Shown here: piece by piece, positions 1 through 8,571 of the stretch
Layout: every line of letters starts with the position of its first letter
Position numbering within the stretch: the stretch's first letter is position 1
NCBI RefSeq assembly: GCF_001443605.1
Contig: NZ_CP013118.1
Coordinates: 418,225-442,224 of the forward strand
Direction: 5' to 3'
DNA length: 24,000 bases
Source of the DNA: Salinivirga cyanobacteriivorans
GTDB taxonomy: Bacteria; Bacteroidota; Bacteroidia; Bacteroidales; Salinivirgaceae
Notes under the pieces: generated by a model
Databases searched by the model: none
The model's input: the letters and a program-made list of their open reading frames with translations, nothing else
Told to the model about the DNA's origin: nothing
Translations under genes and position numbers: made by a program

Positions 1-896
1 AATATACCAAAAACCCAGTATATCAAAAGTATGTAAATGATCTGGGTATAGACCAAAAGCGCATACGTACCACTTCTGATATTCCATTTTTGCCTGTAGA
101 AGTTTTTAAAGAAAAGGCGGTTAAAACATCAAAGGAGACGGAGATCATATTCACTTCCAGCGGCACTACCGGATTTCAGACTTCTCGGCATTATGTGCAT
201 GATTTAAATCTTTATGAGCAAAGTTTCATGAAATGTTTTGAGCTTTTTTACGGGCCGGTGGACAACTATTGTGTGCTTGCATTATTGCCGGGCTACCTGG
301 AACGCCAGGGGTCATCGCTCATATACATGGCTGATTATTTTATAAAACAAAGCAAATACAAACAAAGTGGATTTTACCTGTACGAACATGATGACCTCGA
401 AAAGGTATTAAAGCACAATGAGCAACAAAATATTCCAACCCTGCTGCTTGGGGTCACCTTTGCACTGCTGGATTTTGCCGAAACGAATCAGCTCAACTTA
501 AAAAATACCATAGTAATGGAAACTGGTGGAATGAAAGGGCGCCGAAAAGAAATCATCAGAGAAGAAGTACATGAGATATTAAAAAGCGGATTTGGAGTGC
601 AAAAAATTCACTCAGAATATGGCATGACAGAACTATTATCACAAGCCTACAGTCAGGGTGAAGGGCTCTATTCTACACCTCCATGGATGAAAGTTTTTGT
701 CTACGATTTTTATAACCCACTGAATACTGAAACAGTTGGAAAAGGAGGAATCAACATCATTGATCTTGCCAACGCCCATTCCTGCCCTTTTATTCAGACC
801 CGTGATATTGGAGAACTTTTTCCAGATGGTACTTTTCAGGTGCTGGGCCGGTTCGATCAAAGCGATATCCGGGGATGCAACCTGATGGTGATTTAA
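1..896 (+). CDS. LuxE-like acyl-protein synthetase / adenylate-forming acyltransferase (5' end lies outside the window)
   Basis: The frame stays open back to nt 3 (YTKNPVYQKYVNDLGIDQKRIRTTSDIPFLPVEVFK...), so the 'M' at nt 90 in the ORF track is an internal TTG. The adenylate-forming motif 'FTSSGTTG', then 'METGGMKGRRKE' and 'SEYGMTELLSQAY', fit the LuxE/PaaK-like family as annotated in Bacteroidota. Stop codon at 894-896. Confidence 0.7.
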   Translation, partial: YTKNPVYQKYVNDLGIDQKRIRTTSDIPFLPVEVFKEKAVKTSKETEIIFTSSGTTGFQTSRHYVHDLNLYEQSFMKCFELFYGPVDNYCVLALLPGYLERQGSSLIYMADYFIKQSKYKQSGFYLYEHDDLEKVLKHNEQQNIPTLLLGVTFALLDFAETNQLNLKNTIVMETGGMKGRRKEIIREEVHEILKSGFGVQKIHSEYGMTELLSQAYSQGEGLYSTPPWMKVFVYDFYNPLNTETVGKGGINIIDLANAHSCPFIQTRDIGELFPDGTFQVLGRFDQSDIRGCNLMVI

Positions 897-958
897 AAAG
901 GGGCACCCACAGGCACCCCACTCTTATAAAATCACTCAAAAAATCAATTAACAGGCCT

Positions 959-2842
959 TTAAAGCTTTTTAAGTTCTTTTTCCAACTCATTTACATAGTA
1001 ATCCATTTGAGCAACTACGGCCTCGAAGGGTTTTGTTGATGTAAGATCGACCCCGGCTTTTTTAAGCTGATTTACAGGAAAATCGTTGCCACCTGATTTG
1101 AGCAGAGTCTTATATTTTTCGATGGTCGTTTGCTGCTCTTTTTTACTACCATTTTTATATCGTGAAAATAACTCAGACGAAGCTGAAAATGAGGTAGCAT
1201 ATTGATAAACGTAATAAGGCATACCGTAAAAATGAGGGACGCGACTCCATTTTACGCTTGTTAATTCATCAGGCGTAACAGCTTCACCATAGTAGTGATT
1301 ATAGAGGTCGCCCATAATTTTATTGAGTACACCAGCAGTAACTGGCTGACCGTTTTCTACGCGTTTGTGCACCTGATACTCATAATCGGCATAAAGCGAC
1401 TGAATATAAAAAGTCCCCCAGATATTTTCAATGGCCTGTTGAAGTAAAGCAATGCGTTCTTCAGGCTTTTCAGCTTGTTCAATTAAATTATCAAGTAATA
1501 AATGCTCATTAAATGTAGACGCCACCTCAGCAACAAAAATGGTATAGCTATGCGTAGCATAAGGTTGATTATTATTGGAATAGATAGAATGCATAGAATG
1601 CCCTAATTCATGCGCAAGTGTAAAAACATGGTTTAGACTTTTGTTCCAGTTTAAAAGAATGTAGGGGTGCACTCCGTATACATTTGCAGAAAAAGCACCG
1701 GAGGTTTTATTAGGTTTTTCATAAACATCAATCCAGCCGCCTTTTGTAGCTTCATTTAAATATGCAAGATAATCTTCTCCAAGCGGCTTAACCGCCTCTT
1801 TTACCATACCAACAGCTTCAGTAAAATCATATTCACGATTATAATCTGTAAATTTTGTACTTAAATCATAGGTGTGCAGCTCATCAAGCTCCATAACCTG
1901 TTTGCGGAGCTCCATGTATTTATGTAAGGGCCCAACGTTGTCATAGGCGGTTTTAATCAAAGATTCATAAACCGCAGTGGGGATATTATTCCCCTCCAGT
2001 TTGGCTTCCAACGTACCTTTATAACCTCTTGCTTTGGCATAAGCATTATCTTTTTCACAAATACCTTTATAAATTGCTGCATAGGTATTTTCATGATCTT
2101 TGTAAATTTTATAATACGATTCAAATACCAGCTTGCGATCTTCCTGTGAAGACAATGTTTCCAGAAGTTTTGTGTAGTTGGCATGTGAAAGTTTTACTTT
2201 CTTCCCGGTTGACAATGTAATTTCAGGGAACTGAATATCAGAAACATACAATTCATCATAAACACTGGAAGCTGTACCCATCGGACGCGAAAAATGACTC
2301 ATAAGCTTCTCTTTATCGGCTGTCAAGACATGTTCCTGCAACCGGTAACTATTCATCAGGTTAAAAGCATAAGGTTCGAGTTCCGCATGTGTTTCAATCC
2401 ATTTTTCCATTGTACCCCTGGGAATATCAAGTATTTCGGGCGAAATCCAGCTTGTAGCAGTGGCATATTCAGCATACATAGCTCTTATTTCCTGCATTTT
2501 TGCAGATGTTTCCTGATCGAGACTGTTCAGCTGGCGCATAAAATATGGATAGCGAAATACCCGGCCAAATTTCTTACTAAGCTGCTCTTCCTTTTGCATT
2601 AACTCAATAAAAACTTTAGGGTTAGTATTCAATCGCCCCTGATACGTTTTAATATCCTCCATCAATTGCTTTACCTCAGTGAGATCGGCATTCCATTGAT
2701 CCCAGTTGGCATAAATATCCGAAAGGTTCCAGGAAGTGTTTGTAACATTTTTTTCAGGACTTTCTTTGCCGGAAATATCATTATCAGCAAAAACAATGTG
2801 ACTTTGCATGAATACAATCATGCACAAAAAAATAATTCTCAT
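959..2842 (-). CDS. pepF: M3-family oligoendopeptidase F with N-terminal signal peptide
   Basis: 627-aa ORF. The zinc motif HELGH ('FTLAHELGHSMHS') sits in the usual M3B context, followed by a downstream 'FNEHLL' glutamate ligand region. The hydrophobic N-terminus MRIIFLCMIVFMQSHIVFA|DN looks like a cleavable signal peptide. Confidence 0.9.
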   Translation of the reverse strand: MRIIFLCMIVFMQSHIVFADNDISGKESPEKNVTNTSWNLSDIYANWDQWNADLTEVKQLMEDIKTYQGRLNTNPKVFIELMQKEEQLSKKFGRVFRYPYFMRQLNSLDQETSAKMQEIRAMYAEYATATSWISPEILDIPRGTMEKWIETHAELEPYAFNLMNSYRLQEHVLTADKEKLMSHFSRPMGTASSVYDELYVSDIQFPEITLSTGKKVKLSHANYTKLLETLSSQEDRKLVFESYYKIYKDHENTYAAIYKGICEKDNAYAKARGYKGTLEAKLEGNNIPTAVYESLIKTAYDNVGPLHKYMELRKQVMELDELHTYDLSTKFTDYNREYDFTEAVGMVKEAVKPLGEDYLAYLNEATKGGWIDVYEKPNKTSGAFSANVYGVHPYILLNWNKSLNHVFTLAHELGHSMHSIYSNNNQPYATHSYTIFVAEVASTFNEHLLLDNLIEQAEKPEERIALLQQAIENIWGTFYIQSLYADYEYQVHKRVENGQPVTAGVLNKIMGDLYNHYYGEAVTPDELTSVKWSRVPHFYGMPYYVYQYATSFSASSELFSRYKNGSKKEQQTTIEKYKTLLKSGGNDFPVNQLKKAGVDLTSTKPFEAVVAQMDYYVNELEKELKKL

Positions 2843-3052
2843 AATTTCATGGTTTTAGGTTAATTTGCTTTTTAAGCACATAACGTACCATTTGTCACAA
2901 GATGCTCTTTAACAAAAATTTATAATGAGTTTACTTCTTCCAAAATTGTACAAAATCAAGCAATTATGTCCGTAAACGAACGAAAAAACGCACATTAGAA
3001 ATTATAAATTATTTTTTAATTATTTCGTAGTTATAAATTTATCTATTCTATT

Positions 3053-4264
3053 ATGAAAAAAACCTATATCGTTATAATTGTACTATTAATCAGCACATTG
3101 GGCTGCAATCAGGAAACCTTTCAGGAAAAGGTAAAACGAATTCACACCAAAGCATTAACCCTTGATTCACATACTGACACACCCTTGCGGTTTACACGTG
3201 ATGACTTTAGCATTGCTGAAAAACACGATGCACAAAAAACTTACTCCCGCGTAGATTTACCGCGGATGAATGAAGGAGGTCTGGATGCCATGTTTATTGC
3301 TGCTTTTATTAGTCAACGGGCAAGAACACCTGAAGGACATGAAAAAGCAAACAAAGAGACCCATAGAATTATTGATTCGATATATTCGCAAGTTTCTAAA
3401 AATAAGGATAAAGTTACTATTGGTACAACACCGCAAGATGCTTACGGAAATGAAGAAAAAGGCAAGCACACATTTTTTATAGGTATTGAAAATGGCTATG
3501 CCTTAGGCAAAGATATAGATGAAATACAACATTTCTATAATCGCGGTGTACGCTATATAACCCTCTCCCACACGAAAAATAACGATATTTGCGACAGCTC
3601 TACCGACTCAGTGGAACATAACGGGCTCACTGATTTTGGTAAAAGTGTAGTCAAAAAGATGAATGAACTGGGAGTAATAGTTGACGTTTCGCACATCTCT
3701 GATAAAAGCTTTTATGATGTAATAGAACTTACAAAAGCCCCGATTATAGCATCGCACTCCAATGCCCGCGCTGTTTGCGACAATCCTCGTAATTTAACAG
3801 ACGACATGCTGCAAAAGGTGGCTAAAAATGGCGGCGTTGTGCAGGTTTGTTTGCTAAGCGACTATGTAAAACCACCTGTAGCACAACCCAAAAGAGACAG
3901 TGCTTTTAAAGCACTCAGAAAAAAATGGCGGGGTTACAACGATTTAACAGATGAAGAACGAGCGCAGGCAGTAAGAGAATGGCACGCCACACAAAGAGAT
4001 TATCCGCAAAAACTTGCAACAGTCTCCGACCTTGTAGATCATATCGACCATATTGTGAAAGTGGCCGGGATTGATCATGTTGGAATAGGCAGCGACTTTG
4101 ACGGAGGTGGCGGTTTAAAAGATTGTTTCGATGTCAGCGAAATGCAAAACATTACAAAAGAATTATTAAAGCGCGGCTACTCTGAGCAGGAAATTATTAA
4201 AATATGGGGTGGCAATTTTATGCGGGTATTCAATGAAGTGGAGCAAAATAAAATAAAAGCCTGA
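3053..4264 (+). CDS. M19 membrane (renal-type) dipeptidase, lipoprotein
   Basis: 403 aa. Lipobox 'LISTLGC'. M19 hallmarks present: 'DSHTDTP', 'GIENGYALG', 'GVRYITLSHTKNN', 'VDVSHISDKSF', 'PIIASHSNARAVCDNPRNLTD', 'HVGIGSDFDG'. Confidence 0.9.
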   Translation: MKKTYIVIIVLLISTLGCNQETFQEKVKRIHTKALTLDSHTDTPLRFTRDDFSIAEKHDAQKTYSRVDLPRMNEGGLDAMFIAAFISQRARTPEGHEKANKETHRIIDSIYSQVSKNKDKVTIGTTPQDAYGNEEKGKHTFFIGIENGYALGKDIDEIQHFYNRGVRYITLSHTKNNDICDSSTDSVEHNGLTDFGKSVVKKMNELGVIVDVSHISDKSFYDVIELTKAPIIASHSNARAVCDNPRNLTDDMLQKVAKNGGVVQVCLLSDYVKPPVAQPKRDSAFKALRKKWRGYNDLTDEERAQAVREWHATQRDYPQKLATVSDLVDHIDHIVKVAGIDHVGIGSDFDGGGGLKDCFDVSEMQNITKELLKRGYSEQEIIKIWGGNFMRVFNEVEQNKIKA

Positions 4265-4323
4265 CAAATCTTTATTTAGGCGCGTTATTTGATGTGGGTT
4301 TGCCTTTAGAAATTATTTAACGA

Positions 4324-5724
4324 GTGAGAAAAAAGCAAACCGAACAACTTGAACATATGCCCGTAGGAAAACTAATCCTACGGTATTACTGGCCAGCTTT
4401 TGTGGGCGTTATTGCCAATTCCCTTTACAACATCATCGATAGGATTTTCATTGGTCAGGGTGTTGGTGCTGCAGCACTCAGTGGTATTACCGCTGTTTTC
4501 CCTGTAATGATTATCATCATGGCTTTCGGGATGCTAATAGGTATGGGTGGAAGCGTTAAGCTCTCTATATTTTTAGGTGAAAAAAAATACGATAAAGCCG
4601 AAAAAGTGCTTGGCAATGTCGTTTTATTAATCTTCATCGTATCATTTTTTGTTGCCGGACTCGGCTTTATAATAAAGCAACCAATGCTTGAGCTTTTCGG
4701 AGCAACTCAAACCACCATGAGTTATGCTAATGATTATCTCAACATTATTCTTTTTGGCATTATATTTCAGATGATGGGTTTTTCGCTCAACAGCTTAATC
4801 CGTTCAGAAGGTAATGCGAGGCTGGCCATGATTAGCATGTTACTTGCAGCCGGAATCAACATCCCGCTTGACTGGCTCTTTATTATAAAATTCGGTTGGG
4901 GTGTAAAAGGAGCAGCATGGGCCACCATTATTTCAATGAGTGTTTTATCGCTCTGGGTGCTGATCCATTTCCGGAGTAAACGCTCAGTGGTACCACTCAA
5001 ATGGCACCGTATAAAATACGATCATTTTATTGTAAAAAGCATGGTAGCAATAGGCCTCGCGCCATTTTTCATGCAAGTTGCAAATAGTTTTGTACAGGGA
5101 ATATATAACTCACAGCTTATAAAATATGGCGGAGACCTTGCAGTTGGAGCATTTGGTATTATTATGAGCGTGGTGATTTTAATTATAATGAGCATAATAG
5201 CACTCAACATGGCCTCACAACCTATTATTGGTTATAATTATGGTGCTCGAAACATCAGTAGAGTGCGACAAACACTTCGCTTTGGAATGATTGCAGCCAC
5301 GGTTTTAAGTGTAATCAGTTGGGCCTTACTTGAGTTATTTCCAGAGCCCATTGTGCGACTGTTTAATAACGAAAGTAAGCAGTTACAGGAATATGGCATT
5401 CAAGGCTTAAGGATTTTTGTAATTATGCTACCCCTGGTAGGCTTTCAGATTGTAATCAGCAACTATTTCCAGTCTGTGGGAAAAGCAAAAGTAGCTGCTT
5501 TCCTGAGCCTGTTGAGGCAAGTCATAGTTTTGTCACCTTTGCTTTTTATTTTCCCAAATATATGGGGACTTAAAGGTATTTGGATGGCATCTCCCACCGC
5601 TGATACTATTGCTGCCATAATAGCGGGTACCATGATGATCAGGGAGTGGAAGAAAAACCTTGCACCAAGAAAAGACTCTGTGCTGAAATCAAAAAACACA
5701 AAAGCACAGGCTGCCACACAGTAA
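4324..5724 (+). CDS. MATE family efflux transporter
   Basis: 466-aa polytopic membrane protein with about 12 hydrophobic segments. The N-terminal 'PVGKLILRYYWPAFVGVIANSLYNIIDRIFIGQGVG' and the duplicated-half architecture are typical of NorM/MATE. The start is GTG at 4324; an alternative ATG lies at 4357. Confidence 0.85.
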   Translation: MRKKQTEQLEHMPVGKLILRYYWPAFVGVIANSLYNIIDRIFIGQGVGAAALSGITAVFPVMIIIMAFGMLIGMGGSVKLSIFLGEKKYDKAEKVLGNVVLLIFIVSFFVAGLGFIIKQPMLELFGATQTTMSYANDYLNIILFGIIFQMMGFSLNSLIRSEGNARLAMISMLLAAGINIPLDWLFIIKFGWGVKGAAWATIISMSVLSLWVLIHFRSKRSVVPLKWHRIKYDHFIVKSMVAIGLAPFFMQVANSFVQGIYNSQLIKYGGDLAVGAFGIIMSVVILIIMSIIALNMASQPIIGYNYGARNISRVRQTLRFGMIAATVLSVISWALLELFPEPIVRLFNNESKQLQEYGIQGLRIFVIMLPLVGFQIVISNYFQSVGKAKVAAFLSLLRQVIVLSPLLFIFPNIWGLKGIWMASPTADTIAAIIAGTMMIREWKKNLAPRKDSVLKSKNTKAQAATQ

Positions 5725-5840
5725 ATCAGTTATTTAAACTCAAATTATAATCTAAAATAATGGGATTCGCTGTGTAGTATGAAAAATTTATAATAATTTC
5801 GGACGCTAAAACGTTTTAACCGCGATAAAATAATCATACA

Positions 5841-6539
5841 ATGACGGGAATATTCTTACAGGTAAACCAGGTAGCCGATACGGCTCAAAATGCAGCACAA
5901 GCTGGAAAAGGAGAGTTAACACTTTCGTTTTTTGATTTAGCCATGAAAGGTGGCATCATCATGATTCCAATTGTGGTCTTGCTCATACTATCAATTTACA
6001 TCTTTTTCGAGCGCTATTTCGCTTTAAAAGATGCCTCGAAAGAAGATCCCACATTCATGAACCGCATCAAAGACTATATTCACGATGGCAAAATCGATGC
6101 TGCACACAGTCTTTGCCAGTCGACCAACACCATTACAGCCAGAATGCTTGAAACAGGCATTAGCAGAATTGGTCGTCCACTAAATGATATTAATACGGCT
6201 ATAGAAAACATTGCCAATCTTGAAACAGCCAGACTTGAAAAAGGACTCCCTACGCTTGCTACCACTGCAGGTGGAGCCCCGATGATTGGTTTTCTGGGCA
6301 CAGTAATGGGTATGATTAAAGCTTTTTATGACATGGCCAATGCAGGAAACAATATTGATATTACATTACTATCAAACGGAATCTACACAGCAATGGTAAC
6401 CACTGTGGCAGGTCTTATTGTTGGTATTCTTGCATATTTTGCCTACAATATCCTGGTAGCTCGCGTAGAAAAAGTAATTTTCAGGCTCGAAGCCCGTACC
6501 ACTGAGTTTATGGATCTTTTAAATGAACCGGCAAACTAA
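5841..6539 (+). CDS. exbB: MotA/TolQ/ExbB proton-channel protein
   Basis: 232 aa with three TM segments. The conserved C-terminal core is 'LATTAGGAPMIGFLGTVMGMIKAF ... GIYTAMVTTVAGLIVGILAYFAYN'. It is followed directly by exbD and tonB. Confidence 0.85.
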   Translation: MTGIFLQVNQVADTAQNAAQAGKGELTLSFFDLAMKGGIIMIPIVVLLILSIYIFFERYFALKDASKEDPTFMNRIKDYIHDGKIDAAHSLCQSTNTITARMLETGISRIGRPLNDINTAIENIANLETARLEKGLPTLATTAGGAPMIGFLGTVMGMIKAFYDMANAGNNIDITLLSNGIYTAMVTTVAGLIVGILAYFAYNILVARVEKVIFRLEARTTEFMDLLNEPAN

Positions 6540-6545
6540 AACAGT

Positions 6546-6953
6546 ATGGCTATAAAGCGAAGAAGTAAAATAAATGCCAGTTTCAGCATGTCGTCAATGA
6601 CCGACATTGTTTTCCTGCTGCTGATATTCTTCATGGTAACAAGTACACTTATATCTCCCAACGCTTTAAAGTTGCTGTTGCCACAAAGCAAAAACCAAAC
6701 CCGTGCCAACAAACCCCTTGTATCGGTAAGCATTACACATGACCTTCGATATGCTGTTGGTACACAGCAGGTACCTTTTAGCATGCTGGAACGTAAACTA
6801 AAACAGGAACTGGGCCCGGCAGATGCCTTTGAACAACCACCAACAATTTCATTGCATGCCGATAAACGCGTACCTGTAGACAATGTGGTGAAAGTTATGA
6901 ACATTGCCAAAAGAAATAAGTATAAACTAATACTGGCAACAACAGGACAATAA
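6546..6953 (+). CDS. exbD: ExbD/TolR biopolymer transport protein
   Basis: 135 aa. The N-terminal 'INASFSMSSMTDIVFLLLIFFMVTST' is a single TM carrying the conserved Asp. It lies 6 nt after the exbB stop. Confidence 0.85.
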   Translation: MAIKRRSKINASFSMSSMTDIVFLLLIFFMVTSTLISPNALKLLLPQSKNQTRANKPLVSVSITHDLRYAVGTQQVPFSMLERKLKQELGPADAFEQPPTISLHADKRVPVDNVVKVMNIAKRNKYKLILATTGQ

Positions 6954-6971
6954 ATAACCAACCGTAAACCA

Positions 6972-7835
6972 ATGTTTGAAAACCGAAAAAAAAATAAACG
7001 AATAGCTTTTTGGGCTACTTTCTCATTTATGGGAACAGTACTCATATTGCTCATATTTTTCGGTTTTTCAACACCCTTGCCTTTGCCCGAAGAGGAAGGC
7101 ATACTCGTAAACTTCGGCTATGAAGAATCCGGATCAGGGCCTGTGGAAACAGGTGGTGAAGCTATTCCCGAACCTGTTACGCAACCAGAAGCTGTAACAC
7201 CTCCACCAACAGAGAGTGCCTCAGAAGAAGAAGTCATGACCCAGGATTTTGAGGAAGCCGCTGCCATGGAGGCTAAAAAAGAAGAAGCAAGAAAAAAACG
7301 TGAAGAAGAGCTACGAAAACAGCGTGAACGCGAAGAAGAATTAAGACGACAACGAGAGCTGGAAGAAAAACGCAGAAAAGAGCAGGAAGAGAAAGAAAAA
7401 ATAAACGAAATAACGAAAAATGCCTTCTCCCAGGGCAGTAATAACAATTCCAATGCCGAGTCAGACGGCAATAAAACCGGATCAGGGAACCAGGGTGATC
7501 CCGAAGGTGACCCTAACGCCAAAAATTATGGTGAAGGCAAAGGGCTTGGCGACAAAGGAATTGGCTACAGCTTACAAGGCAGGTCGCCTCAGGGCGGAAG
7601 ATTACCTAAACCAGCTTACACGGCCAATGAAGAAGGTATTGTAGTTGTTCGTGTAACTGTAGACCGAAATGGAAACGTTACAAGTGCAAGTTACCAGGCC
7701 AAAGGTTCCACAACCACAAGTCAAAAATTGATTAATGCCGCTGTGAAAGCTGCACGCAAAGCGCGATTTAATCAGGACAATGAAGCTGATGCTTTTCAGG
7801 TTGGAACCATTACTTACCGGTTTGTGCTTCAATAA
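6972..7835 (+). CDS. tonB: TonB family energy transducer
   Basis: 287 aa. The layout is an N-terminal TM anchor, a Pro-rich stretch 'IPEPVTQPEAVTPPPTE', a long E/K/R block, then a C-terminal TonB domain 'GIVVVRVTVDRNGNVTSASYQAKGSTTTSQKLINAAVKAARKARFN'. It is third in the exbB-exbD operon. Confidence 0.8.
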   Translation: MFENRKKNKRIAFWATFSFMGTVLILLIFFGFSTPLPLPEEEGILVNFGYEESGSGPVETGGEAIPEPVTQPEAVTPPPTESASEEEVMTQDFEEAAAMEAKKEEARKKREEELRKQREREEELRRQRELEEKRRKEQEEKEKINEITKNAFSQGSNNNSNAESDGNKTGSGNQGDPEGDPNAKNYGEGKGLGDKGIGYSLQGRSPQGGRLPKPAYTANEEGIVVVRVTVDRNGNVTSASYQAKGSTTTSQKLINAAVKAARKARFNQDNEADAFQVGTITYRFVLQ

Positions 7836-7969
7836 AACTTAATATTTTGCCGGCAAGCGGTACTCCATCAAAAAAATTTGATTTATATGTCATTTTGCAG
7901 TAATTTGCTATGAGCAAAAATATTACAGCGCATAATTACGACAGGTGAAATAAATCAAAAACCCCCATC

Positions 7970-8458
7970 ATGAAACAATTATTAATTATAATTCTGCTCG
8001 CATTTATGGCAGTTGCGGGTTACGGCCAAACCAATTCTCTGGTCCTCGAAAAAAAACGTAACGGAAAACAAAAAATCCTGCCAGCTGCCACAAAAATAAA
8101 GGTTGTAACCTATGACGGAAACAAATACAAAGGCGAATTTCGTATAGCAAACAAAAGCACTCTGCTAATGGGCAGTGACAGCATAAAGCTTCATGACATA
8201 AAAAAAATTCGTTTTAAATCAAAGCTTGGCATGTACACAGGCACCGGAGTTGGTATATTAGGAGGAATAATTACAGTAAGCGGCACAGTGCTCATCATTC
8301 AATCGCTGGCGGAAGGTGGACTTGCAGGGATAATAGGTATTGTATTTGGAGTTCCGGTAGTAGGCGCGGGTGGTGTAATTGTAACAGCAGGGGTATTGGT
8401 AGCCACTATTGGCCGGCAGTACAAGCCTAAAAAATGGACATACAAACTTGCTCCCTGA
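7970..8458 (+). CDS. hypothetical membrane protein with signal peptide and C-terminal glycine-zipper segment
   Basis: 162 aa. Signal peptide MKQLLIIILLAFMAVAGYGQ, then a small Lys-rich domain, then a Gly/Val/Ile-rich hydrophobic tail 'GTGVGILGGIITVSGTVLIIQSLAEGGLAGIIGIVFGVPVVGAGGVIVTAGVLVATIG'. I recognise no family. Confidence 0.55.
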   Translation: MKQLLIIILLAFMAVAGYGQTNSLVLEKKRNGKQKILPAATKIKVVTYDGNKYKGEFRIANKSTLLMGSDSIKLHDIKKIRFKSKLGMYTGTGVGILGGIITVSGTVLIIQSLAEGGLAGIIGIVFGVPVVGAGGVIVTAGVLVATIGRQYKPKKWTYKLAP

Positions 8459-8536
8459 TATTGAAAATAAGCAATTTATAACTTAAAACCTATTATATAA
8501 CATCTGCAAACATACCGCCGCTATAACCTACTTTAC

Positions 8537-8544
8537 TAATTTTG
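8537..8544 (+). promoter_or_regulatory. candidate Bacteroidota sigma-A -7 box (TAATTTTG)
   Basis: Exact match to the TAnnTTTG -7 consensus described for Bacteroides/Flavobacterium promoters, 27 nt upstream of the ATG at 8572. No clear -33 TTTG partner is visible. Confidence 0.35.
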
Positions 8545-8571
8545 CATGCGTTAAGTTAAAATACCGATGTC

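Noticed and set aside
901-919. GGCACCC direct repeat (902-908 and 912-918) between the convergent luxE-like and pepF genes, considered as a terminator.
   Set aside because: As a hairpin it gives only 3-4 G-C pairs with internal mismatches and no U-tract. It is too weak to call.
6986-6994. A9 homopolymer in codons 5-8 of tonB, considered as a slipped-strand phase-variation tract.
   Set aside because: Poly-A runs of this size are common in this AT-rich, Lys-rich sequence (other A7-A9 runs occur at 3056 and about 12806). Nothing else suggests phase variation of a core Ton component.
7269-7400. Extremely E/K/R-rich block of TonB (EEARKKREEELRKQREREEELRRQRELEEKRRKEQEEKEK), considered as a separate repeat element or coiled-coil domain of special interest.
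   Set aside because: Charged or proline-rich periplasm-spanning linkers are a normal, highly variable part of TonB proteins. It is compositional rather than a discrete repeat family.
6536-7522. Long antisense ORFs (6536-7102, 188 aa; 7118-7522, 134 aa) opposite exbD and tonB.
   Set aside because: They lie fully inside well-supported genes on the other strand. The second is just the Ser/Phe-rich mirror of the GAA/AAG-rich charged region of tonB. Neither has recognisable motifs.
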